Source: a virus
DNA length: 64,000 bases
IMG/VR virus record: IMGVR_UViG_3300006749_000011
Coordinates: 21,818 to 85,817 of that record
Reading direction: 5' to 3' (one strand)
The position numbers and the translations under genes were made by a program. Shown here piece by piece: positions 11,301-19,762 of the stretch. The notes under the pieces were generated by a model. The model worked only from the letters and a program-made list of their open reading frames with translations, was not told the DNA's origin and did no database searches. The first letter of the stretch is position 1. Each line of letters opens with the position of its first letter.

Positions 11301-14300
11301 AAAGATAGTAGACAATGAAAAGAAAAACTTTTTTCAAGATGATGATGTGTCTGACAATTTTTTCTCTTTTGAAAAGTCTATGCAAGCTGTTATAACTGAT
11401 GATATATTAAATATTTTTGCATCTATAAAAGATTTTAATAATTTAATTGGGAACCCAATCAACAAGTATAGACCAAACTACAAAGAAATGCAAGCTTTAA
11501 GGTCTTTGTATTTTGAGCATATTGAAAATGAACCTGATCAAGAAAGGTTTTTTGAATTTTATAAGTGGATTGATTCTTCTGTTTCGTTCGGAATAAATCA
11601 ATTATTACCAGCTTCCTCTAGATTCTCAGAAGGAATAAAAAACACTATTGAAAGTCACGTCCTAGAGAGAAACAAATATCAACATAAGTTTCCACTAGTC
11701 TCGCAAAAAACCTCTACTGAAGGTGTTATCAAATCTGTTAATGAACTTAAGTATAACTGGAAGCATGGTCATTCACCATTACAGACTAAAGCCACTGCCA
11801 CAATTGTTGTCTCTAATGCTGGTGGTGTATTTAATGGAGATACATTTGTTTTAATAGACCCATCAGGGATTAGCACAACCTATACTGTAAATGGTGGTGT
11901 TGCACAAGCATCTGGTGGTGGTTCTGGTGGTTCTGCAACTGTTGGTTTTGCTGGTGTTGGTGGAGGAGTATCTGGAAAAATAGCAGCTGCATCTGCAATC
12001 GCTATAGCAATCAACGCCACAACAGATGCTAATTATACGGCTATCTCTAATGGTGTTGATACTGTAACTATTACACAGGGAGTATTTGGCAATACAGGAA
12101 ACAGAACAAATACTGATTCAATCTCAGGAGTAACTGTTTCTAACTTCACCGGTGGCAATAGCAAACATAATGAAAACTGTCTCTGGGATAGAAAACGAAG
12201 AGAAAGAGAAACAACAACAGCAGAAACTATTAGAAAAGCTATAAACACTACAAGTAAAGTAGAGAATAAGATACTTGCCGAGGTAGATGGTACTAGATAT
12301 TTTTTAGAAGATGATTTAGAAAAAACAACAGCCAGAGTCCATCAAATAGAATTGATCAAAAGAAATACAATTCATGGTGGAATAAATTATAGAAACAACA
12401 AAAATAGAGATTATTATTTAGAAAAAACCCACATTCACGGAAATATAAACTCAGAAGGTGTACCCGAAAATGTTTTGGTAGTTGGTGTAGGAGAAGGTCA
12501 AGGTTTAGATACCAATGTTTCTTGCCAAAGTGAAGTTGATTCTCGAAAAAAATACCACTGGGATTTCACAGCAATTGTCGGTATGTTTTCAACTACAACT
12601 GGAGATCATCCTTTAGATGATTTATACTCTAGTAAAAGCTTAATCAAAGGACACTATGCTTTTCCGTTTAACTTTATATCGGGAAACATTAGCTCAGGGT
12701 ACAACAGAGAAGTAAGTAGTAGTTACAGAGGTGATGTAATCTTAACCAACATTCACTCTGATACCACTTATCGCTCAAATGATGTACCTATGCAAGGTCC
12801 ATTTACTGAAAGACATGTTGGTGGATTACAGTCAAGACACCAACCAATTAACAGTTATAACTCTTCTAAAAATTCTATTAATAAAATAGATGATGCTTTA
12901 TTAAGAGCTGAATCATTTTTAATATTAATTGGTGAGCATCCTGATGAGTCGATAACAGACGGTGCTTTAGGTATAACTGGTCCTGACTATGGAGGCCCTT
13001 ATCCTGCTAAAAACCAACCTTTTGGAATAAGATATAGAAATCAAAGAGCTAAGCGACCATTAAATGTAAGAAACATTCAACATAACACTTCTTCCAATAT
13101 TGCTGGTAATTATAATAAAAATTATGAATTTTTTAGTTCTGTTGGAAGAAAAGAAAACAATTTTAGATTTAGATCAATTGAAGACCAAGTTGATTTTGTA
13201 GAGCCAACTTTAAAAGCGGCATTGCCTCATACTAACGTGAACGCTTCTTTAGTTGCACAGAAAACAGGCGGAGATGGAAATGTGTTGTCCAGTAATTCAA
13301 ACCGGTTTAATGACAACGTAAAGTCTCACTTAACACCAGAATTATCAACAGTCGAAGACAACAAGCCAACAAAATCAATAATAACACAAAAGTTCTCAGC
13401 TCCTGGTGGGTTTGAAACAATGTCCAGAGTTTTTCTGGATGCTATAGATGGCGAGAGAAGTGTCTACAATGCTTTACCGTTTAGAAATTTGTCTGTAAGG
13501 TCGAGTGGTAGTGGAGAGTTTGTAGAAAATACAAGTCGTTCTTGGCTACCAAGCGATGACCACGACAGTACAGATCTTGCAATTTGGCTATCGCAAGACT
13601 CTGGTTTGGTCGAAAACTCAGGAAGAGTTGACACTTGGACAGATAGACAAAATGGTGTTGTATTTCGAATGCAAGCTGGTAACCACAATACATATAATAC
13701 AGGCACAAACTCTCCCTCAATAGTATCAGCAGGATCGTATAATTTTATACGTTTTGATGCGTCAAACCATGAATTTCTAGCTGCAACCTTTGACAATTCT
13801 TTAATGAACCTCTATAATTCAGACTACTCTATTGTGGTTGTGTATAAAGCTTCTACATCAAATTCTCCACCAAGTGTTGGAGATCTTCAGCAACAAGGCT
13901 CCAATATACGTAGAGGTCCTCTCTTAAACATTGGAGAAGACTTAGAACTATCTTTAATGGAGGATACACTTGGTAGTGGCTTTGACAACGCAATTATAAT
14001 CGAAAACGAAACAAGTGCTACCTCATATCTTCAAAGTATAACGAAGGGAAGTGAATTTCAAGTTGTAATTTATGTATATAAAGATGGAGGCGGAAGTAAT
14101 TATGGATTCTTTGCTGATGGAAAAACATCAACAGTTTTGGAAGCTAGAGGCTTGTCCAACGACAATCCACAAACCCTAGTGCCTATGAGTCTTTTATCTT
14201 CTGATTCTAATGGAAGTACACCTAATATGAGAATAGGTAGAGATCCTGATTACGCATATGGCAATCAAACTCAACAATTTGATTATGCATTTGGAGAGTT

Positions 14301-14862
14301 TGATTTAGTCGAAGTGATGCTCTTTAAAAAAGCTTTAGAAACAGATGAAAGGGAAAAGATAGAAGGTTACGTATCACACAAATATAGCATCGAATCTAAC
14401 TTAGTTAGTGGCCACACCTATGAATCAAGTCCTCCACCCGGAATCGTTAGTACAGGCATAAACACTCCAAGAGTAAACTCTCACAACAACAGAAGAGAAG
14501 GTCTAAGAACTCTCTTAACAAGACCTATGGGTAGGTTTGGAATTGACTCTCAATACGGAACAGTTACCGCTGAAACATACACAACAGAGGCAAGCTTCCA
14601 GAAACAACACAGAAACAACAGATACAGTGTGTCTTCTTCAACAGAAGGTTACAATCCAATAAGTGATAATGCTTTTGTATCCACACAAATACCAGCAACT
14701 GATTTACAATATTCTTGGACGGCTAAGTTAGCCAAAAACGAATATAGTATGACCGGAGGTCTCCATAACACCTTTAGATATGGAAATAAAACAGGTAAAG
14801 TGATAATTAATAATCAGGTAGAAAATATAATTAATTACCCAATATCATCATCTTTTGATTAA
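8305..14862 (+). CDS. Giant baseplate protein (gp7-like) with LamG/ConA-like domains
   Basis: NIYKSKGTEKSFRNYLKCFG (gp7/P2 gpI-type KGT motif); LamG signatures TIEFWLK...DGNWHHYAVT...VDEFRFW; 2185 aa. Confidence 0.7.
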   Translation: MSIKNLFNNDKKSKIISANTVQSASVEVEGVEFVKTKTKEKNKFVPPLDFSTASNFAKFGSAKLYYEYGFKRIYQQYPYDGTLAEKQAFEYSGSYLDTYIFDNLYPRTNGYVNFNILTDGKITGGSVSNGYYQSANNKEYIQILGGPHTASGGMTGLKYHDTFDESTLYDPTNKRENNLKVDLLTGNTIEFWLKKTGYDVSLGHREVLFDLTDQENKSLQLFLSASGHDHAGRNALNIRFKGVGPLAIDAPLTLDSYTTNSVGDGNWHHYAVTLKSNSTDKVTTKLFIDSVLHKEQEIAFPASVWTEIDSNTYGLLATIGAGSGHYIPTGKGDGQLFSASVDEFRFWKSERNGKQIGQNWFTPIGGGTDDSLDNINLGVYFKFNEGITLTSSTDSTILDYSGRLSNGTFVGYHADTRETGSAIVESGVVTSEFKDPIIYSYHPDVVSKQAELTTTGSLQDYENTSLFYHLMPSWIIEEDKENGNSNLEYLSQIIASYFDTLNAQISYSNRFKDKRYYGPTVNKDRLTDETSVTFSGSMKPMPFTNKLLREQGFVLPELFVDADIIQEFRKYDQNQIYERDLSEVRNLIYQNLYNNLTNIYKSKGTEKSFRNYLKCFGLNSDLIKLNLYADGATYTLKDNYELKALDTRVLNFDHENNHSANVYMNTGSGDFAYIKGNVNTDTMHSAFSIESEVIIPQKLKEDHPSYTNKSFTTSSIFGFHQIDTTSAPFNDYYGGAQLDAPNKNIKILLASTTNRDESKFVISGSDNLYLTSSIIKNAYSNSKWNLALRVNNSKYPYSQLNGTGTPTVDVSFYGIELVNGEINNYVNLTASNITDGRQYLTSSKKVFVGAEKENFSGSIINHSDIKIGDVKYWQSYITNEDLKQHALDLDNSGFLNPYRSDNIFTLDNQHVPKIDTLAFHWNFNQNTTTDTNAEMEVLDISSGSASLINRYNWLSNITKRKYHGLAHGFPASSTNVIEKTYISTAKKKSPSSVYTSDMVKIVDNEKKNFFQDDDVSDNFFSFEKSMQAVITDDILNIFASIKDFNNLIGNPINKYRPNYKEMQALRSLYFEHIENEPDQERFFEFYKWIDSSVSFGINQLLPASSRFSEGIKNTIESHVLERNKYQHKFPLVSQKTSTEGVIKSVNELKYNWKHGHSPLQTKATATIVVSNAGGVFNGDTFVLIDPSGISTTYTVNGGVAQASGGGSGGSATVGFAGVGGGVSGKIAAASAIAIAINATTDANYTAISNGVDTVTITQGVFGNTGNRTNTDSISGVTVSNFTGGNSKHNENCLWDRKRRERETTTAETIRKAINTTSKVENKILAEVDGTRYFLEDDLEKTTARVHQIELIKRNTIHGGINYRNNKNRDYYLEKTHIHGNINSEGVPENVLVVGVGEGQGLDTNVSCQSEVDSRKKYHWDFTAIVGMFSTTTGDHPLDDLYSSKSLIKGHYAFPFNFISGNISSGYNREVSSSYRGDVILTNIHSDTTYRSNDVPMQGPFTERHVGGLQSRHQPINSYNSSKNSINKIDDALLRAESFLILIGEHPDESITDGALGITGPDYGGPYPAKNQPFGIRYRNQRAKRPLNVRNIQHNTSSNIAGNYNKNYEFFSSVGRKENNFRFRSIEDQVDFVEPTLKAALPHTNVNASLVAQKTGGDGNVLSSNSNRFNDNVKSHLTPELSTVEDNKPTKSIITQKFSAPGGFETMSRVFLDAIDGERSVYNALPFRNLSVRSSGSGEFVENTSRSWLPSDDHDSTDLAIWLSQDSGLVENSGRVDTWTDRQNGVVFRMQAGNHNTYNTGTNSPSIVSAGSYNFIRFDASNHEFLAATFDNSLMNLYNSDYSIVVVYKASTSNSPPSVGDLQQQGSNIRRGPLLNIGEDLELSLMEDTLGSGFDNAIIIENETSATSYLQSITKGSEFQVVIYVYKDGGGSNYGFFADGKTSTVLEARGLSNDNPQTLVPMSLLSSDSNGSTPNMRIGRDPDYAYGNQTQQFDYAFGEFDLVEVMLFKKALETDEREKIEGYVSHKYSIESNLVSGHTYESSPPPGIVSTGINTPRVNSHNNRREGLRTLLTRPMGRFGIDSQYGTVTAETYTTEASFQKQHRNNRYSVSSSTEGYNPISDNAFVSTQIPATDLQYSWTAKLAKNEYSMTGGLHNTFRYGNKTGKVIINNQVENIINYPISSSFD

Positions 14863-14879
14863 AATAATAAGGAAACATA

Positions 14880-17800
14880 ATGCCAACAGAAGCAATACAC
14901 ATCAATACAAACCTTGAACTTATTGATCCAATTGAAACCGATGAAGGTTCTTTTGGTGAATATAGTAATACTTTTGGTTTAGCGAATTACAAAGTACTTG
15001 TCGCACCAGCGCTTGCGGGATACATTGTAGCAAAACCAGTTCGAGAAAATAATGCAGATTTTGTAAGACTACCACTTCTTAATATAAAAAGAAATGGCCC
15101 TTATGGTTATCCTTCGTGGAAGCAAATACGAGCCGGAGAAAACAATATATCTAGAACACATAGAAAGAACAACATTTTGACTTTTGTTAATCATCCCGTA
15201 GAAAAAATTATAATTCAAAATGGCAAAAGACATGTTGTATCTCATCGAGACGACACAATTCAAGTTTATGACGAACCAGCTGTTGTTGCGAAACACAAGC
15301 CTTTAGAAATAATGTTATCAAGACCTCTGAGAGAAGGAGGGTCTCCATTTCCATTTTTAATTAAAGTTGATTACAACAATGGCTTAAACATGATGACAAA
15401 CAAAGAAGTCAATGCTTATGCAAAAGCAATTACAAAAGAACCAGAGTCTTACAATAGCATCAAGAATATGTATCTAGATGGAGGTCTTCAAGACCCATCT
15501 TCACCAATTAGTGGATTTCACTATTTAAAATTTAATCAAACAGTATTTCCAGTAGAAAAAAGAACTTTTAAAGCAGAAAACAGGATCAGAGTGAGCATTC
15601 CAACAGGAGAATTTTGGAAAGACAGAAGGTATGAGAGATCGGCAAATACTGACAAAGAAGCAGTAACAGCTGATGGTTTTTGGTACAATGGTGAAAGAAC
15701 AACTCGTAAAGTAAACAGTTCTGCTTGGCCATTGGATGTATCACAGACCTGGGCAACTAGAACCACAGCGCCTTTACTTGATAGCCAGCCATCTTTTTTC
15801 ACTCAATCAAATTCCACAGGTATTGGTGGAGTTAACACTAGAGTTGATTTTGGTATTTTACAAAATAACTATAACATGATTGTTTCCGGAGGATTACAGA
15901 TATCAGGACCATCAGACAATCTAGATGCATTAAATATAGCATATGGTGGCGCAACAAGAGCAGCACCACTATACAGTAGAAAACACACAAGATTAGAGAG
16001 GCTTTCTGTTGTAGCACCCTCTGGTAGACGAGATTTAATTCCTGCTAATGACTTAGAGGCTGATGAAAGATATGCGGGAGAAGCCGCTTGGGATGCCCCT
16101 GCACAAGCTGGTAGGGGCCCTTTTGATGATAATGTAGAAGTTTTTACTCAACACACAAAAACAAAATATAAAAACTATGGTGTTGTTCCTGAATACAAAA
16201 TCAATTCTCATATAGATTTTTATCTAGAAAATGGAATAAAAGCTCAAAACTTAGATTTATTTGAATTACCAGAAGGTGGACCTGGTGGACAAGAAACAGA
16301 TGTTTCCTCTGAAGAGAATTTTTATAAAATATATTCCACATCCGATTTTTTAGAAAATTTTAATATAATAACAGAAGAACATAAAGGTTTTGCTGAACCT
16401 TCATCTATTAAATTAACCTGTAATGCAGTTTTAAAACTAATGCCTTACGACGGTTTTTACCCAGCTCAAAGATCAGTAGATCTAGCTCAGACCTTTTATG
16501 ATTCTTATAAAGATAATATTAAATACCTTCAGATCAGTTCTACAGATGATAAAAGACTAAAGGACCCATTTGGAACTAGTTTGTACGGATATGATTATAC
16601 AAAACCTTTTTTACAACCATTATTCTCACCAGGTGTTTTTTTTAATACAATAAAATCTGGCATAGCAGTAGACCATGCTATTCATAATTCCAACCTACTT
16701 CAAATCCCAGCTGGAGACTCGAATGCTGCTGCCAGAAACCCAATATACAACGTAGGCACTGGTACAAAGCAAAATGCTTTTGTTTATAACTTCGCAGGTA
16801 CAGTTACAGGCTCTCGCAATCAAGATTTGGATAGAATACCTTTTGAAGCTTTAGTTGAACCAGAAGAGTTTTTAAAAAATAAACTTATATATCAACAAGA
16901 ACCAAATCTTAGCGCTTCTATTGATATATTAAACGATGCATCACTAAGTACGACTGAGAAAGAGCAATCTGCTAAACCTATAATTTGGGACGGTCAGGGA
17001 AAAATTAATTATAAAAAAATGATCAATAATTTTTTAGCTGAAACACCAGAATTTTTTCTAGAAAACAAAAACTTCACAACTTACAAGTCGCTTAGACAGG
17101 ATGATCCAAGCTTTGGTAACTTAAAAAGAAACGTCAAATATGCAATGAGAGTTGCAATAGCAAAATCTACTTTTGGTGGAAAATTCAAAATATCGGGCTC
17201 GTCTGACGATCAAGAGCCACATGAAGTTCCTAGTATGACTTCGTTTTTAACTGGTGCATACACAAATGACCCAACAGATGACAATGAATCAAAGATTATG
17301 GAAAATATAACTATGTACTCTAGACCATCAGCTTTCGGCCCTGACTTTCTTATGGCAGACATTAAGGACGATTGCACTACTGGTCATTATCAAGTCCACA
17401 CTCCACCGTATTATGACGGAGCAGCTTGGACACACATTGAATTTACACCAACTGAAACAAAAAAATATACTAGTAAAGAAATATTAGAGGGAAGTAGTAT
17501 GTCTCACTATAGATATTCTTATATAATGCTTACCTCAAGTCTCGCTCAGGGTCATATCTATGGTATGGGTAAAACATTTCTTGAAGGTGTAACAACTTCA
17601 ATAAACTTAGTTGCTATGCAAAATGATGCTAGCTTAAACATATTTAATATAGAGAGTAAAAACGAAGGAACAGTTCTTTTTATTTCTTCAAGCCAAGGAG
17701 ACAGTATTGAACAATCTGATTCCAGATTAACTATACAAACAAAATTTGAAACGCCAATACTAAACTTTAATAAATCCCATTTACTTACAATCCCTCAAAA

Positions 17801-18737
17801 AGGTTCCGGTTCGGTTCCGCGTGGGATGTGGCATCAATTTGGTTCTATACCAAAAAAAGACGAACTAATATCCCTAGAGATATCCGACATACCGTCTGAG
17901 TGGTATGATCAAGCAGCAGGAGCAAAGGGTGGTGGTACTAGTGCCGAGTCTCTCGCAGACGCTCTTGGCTTTGAAAAAAGTCGAAGAAGGCTTGGAGAGT
18001 TAGCAAAAAGCAAAAAAATAAAAGAAGCTGTTGTTGCTGTTCCTTTTTATGACCAAGGAGCAGAAAGAAAGTTTTTTAGAATACCAAGAACAGACATAGA
18101 TAATGCGATAGGAAATAACGAACAACAAAAACTAGTTGGCTCTACTGTGCTCGATATGGTGAACAAGATGAAACAGTACAACTTTCCTCCATCAATGGAT
18201 TTTCTAACGTATAACAATGTAGATCCTTTTGCAATGTATATATTTGAATTTGAGCATGTTTTATCTAGACAAGATTTGTCATATATTTGGCAAAATTTAC
18301 TACCAGATATTGGCATGCAACACAAAGAGGCGTCTGCTACTATTACACACGAACTACTAGCTCATGAGCTTTTAGGTGGTGGTTCTAAAGTTGTTAACAC
18401 CGGTGGAGGAAAAGTACTAGACATATCTGCTAAAGGAAAAGACTTTAATCCTGAGATACGTTGGATGGTTTTTAAAGTAAAATTTAAAGCTAAGCACGAT
18501 TACTACGAAAAAATAATAGGTAAAAGGTCTAAGCTTGACGTAACAACGGCTAACATAAATTACAATTGGCCTTATGATTTCTTTTCTCTTGTAGAACTAG
18601 TTAAATTAGACGCATCTGTCGAGTTATCTCAAATTGAACAAGATGAGAAAACTGGTGTAAGAAAACTTAAACCCGTAAACTCTCCAAACCCGATGCCTGT
18701 TACAAGAAACTTTAGAAATGGAATTAAGAAAAAATGA
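14880..18737 (+). CDS. Large virion structural protein, function unknown
   Basis: 1285-aa ORF with AAGGA RBS in the tail operon; rich in [ST]GS motifs. Confidence 0.55.
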   Translation: MPTEAIHINTNLELIDPIETDEGSFGEYSNTFGLANYKVLVAPALAGYIVAKPVRENNADFVRLPLLNIKRNGPYGYPSWKQIRAGENNISRTHRKNNILTFVNHPVEKIIIQNGKRHVVSHRDDTIQVYDEPAVVAKHKPLEIMLSRPLREGGSPFPFLIKVDYNNGLNMMTNKEVNAYAKAITKEPESYNSIKNMYLDGGLQDPSSPISGFHYLKFNQTVFPVEKRTFKAENRIRVSIPTGEFWKDRRYERSANTDKEAVTADGFWYNGERTTRKVNSSAWPLDVSQTWATRTTAPLLDSQPSFFTQSNSTGIGGVNTRVDFGILQNNYNMIVSGGLQISGPSDNLDALNIAYGGATRAAPLYSRKHTRLERLSVVAPSGRRDLIPANDLEADERYAGEAAWDAPAQAGRGPFDDNVEVFTQHTKTKYKNYGVVPEYKINSHIDFYLENGIKAQNLDLFELPEGGPGGQETDVSSEENFYKIYSTSDFLENFNIITEEHKGFAEPSSIKLTCNAVLKLMPYDGFYPAQRSVDLAQTFYDSYKDNIKYLQISSTDDKRLKDPFGTSLYGYDYTKPFLQPLFSPGVFFNTIKSGIAVDHAIHNSNLLQIPAGDSNAAARNPIYNVGTGTKQNAFVYNFAGTVTGSRNQDLDRIPFEALVEPEEFLKNKLIYQQEPNLSASIDILNDASLSTTEKEQSAKPIIWDGQGKINYKKMINNFLAETPEFFLENKNFTTYKSLRQDDPSFGNLKRNVKYAMRVAIAKSTFGGKFKISGSSDDQEPHEVPSMTSFLTGAYTNDPTDDNESKIMENITMYSRPSAFGPDFLMADIKDDCTTGHYQVHTPPYYDGAAWTHIEFTPTETKKYTSKEILEGSSMSHYRYSYIMLTSSLAQGHIYGMGKTFLEGVTTSINLVAMQNDASLNIFNIESKNEGTVLFISSSQGDSIEQSDSRLTIQTKFETPILNFNKSHLLTIPQKGSGSVPRGMWHQFGSIPKKDELISLEISDIPSEWYDQAAGAKGGGTSAESLADALGFEKSRRRLGELAKSKKIKEAVVAVPFYDQGAERKFFRIPRTDIDNAIGNNEQQKLVGSTVLDMVNKMKQYNFPPSMDFLTYNNVDPFAMYIFEFEHVLSRQDLSYIWQNLLPDIGMQHKEASATITHELLAHELLGGGSKVVNTGGGKVLDISAKGKDFNPEIRWMVFKVKFKAKHDYYEKIIGKRSKLDVTTANINYNWPYDFFSLVELVKLDASVELSQIEQDEKTGVRKLKPVNSPNPMPVTRNFRNGIKKK

Positions 18738-19762
18738 GTTTTTTCAATAAAAAAGAAGATGTCCTCCACATAGAATTAACGCCATACGGAAGGCACTTGC
18801 TTTCTCTTGGAAAACTAATGCCGGACCATTATCGCTTTTTTGATGATGATATAATGTACAATTCAAATCACATACCAGCTGGTGGCTTCAGTGAAAACCA
18901 GAATGATGCACATGGTAGGATATTAAATGATACTCCTAAAATAAAACCAAATGGTAATTTTAAAGGTGTAGAAAGTGATATAAATAAATTAAATAGTGAT
19001 GAAATTGAAGGCTATGAAGTAGGCAAGGACCTTAGAAATTATAGAAAAGAAAATAATGAAATACATATAAATAAATTACCCTATTCTATGGGAAGTATCA
19101 AATACGACCAAATACAGACCCCTGCCTTGAAAATTGATATGTTTAACGGTGAAATTTCAGATTCAACTGATAAGTTTTTAACAGGCTCTAACAACCATGT
19201 CATCAACATACCACAAATAGAAATTGATGTTGAATGGAATTACTCTGTTGTAGAAACTCAAAATGCCTCTTTAGTGTCCAATATTAACAATATAAAGTCC
19301 GTTTACAAGACAGAAGAGGTAGGAGGGCAAGTTGTAAAAATAATGCCTGAAATACCCATTATTAGAACTAAAATGGAAGGCGCCTTTGACGTAAAAGATA
19401 GCTTCTATATAACTGCGTATATGTGTGAAGAACTTGACGGTGAAATTGTATATAATAAATTAAAAAGAACACCGGTTGGCAATTACATAAAAGATGATAT
19501 GTTGGTTCTTAATGAAATGGAGTTAAACAACGATTTTTTATCAGATGGAGATATAAATCCGGATTATTTAGAACACTACCTTAGTATTGTCACAGATCGT
19601 TTAATACCAAACGAAGATTTGTGTGCTACGGTTGGAGAACTTGAGGTAAAAAATATATACTTAGATGAAAAGCTTGATTGCGAAGACTACCAAGGTGATG
19701 ACCTCACACTTAATCCATACGCCTCTAGAGTAACTTTAGATGACCTTAAGGGAGAGTGCTAA
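18734..19762 (+). CDS. Tail/baseplate protein, N-terminus paralogous to 24936..25886
   Basis: IELTPYGRHLLSLG...RFFDDDIMY resembles VVLTDEGRKRLAKG...ALGDDEINY; ATGA overlap with upstream gene. Confidence 0.6.
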   Translation: MSFFNKKEDVLHIELTPYGRHLLSLGKLMPDHYRFFDDDIMYNSNHIPAGGFSENQNDAHGRILNDTPKIKPNGNFKGVESDINKLNSDEIEGYEVGKDLRNYRKENNEIHINKLPYSMGSIKYDQIQTPALKIDMFNGEISDSTDKFLTGSNNHVINIPQIEIDVEWNYSVVETQNASLVSNINNIKSVYKTEEVGGQVVKIMPEIPIIRTKMEGAFDVKDSFYITAYMCEELDGEIVYNKLKRTPVGNYIKDDMLVLNEMELNNDFLSDGDINPDYLEHYLSIVTDRLIPNEDLCATVGELEVKNIYLDEKLDCEDYQGDDLTLNPYASRVTLDDLKGEC

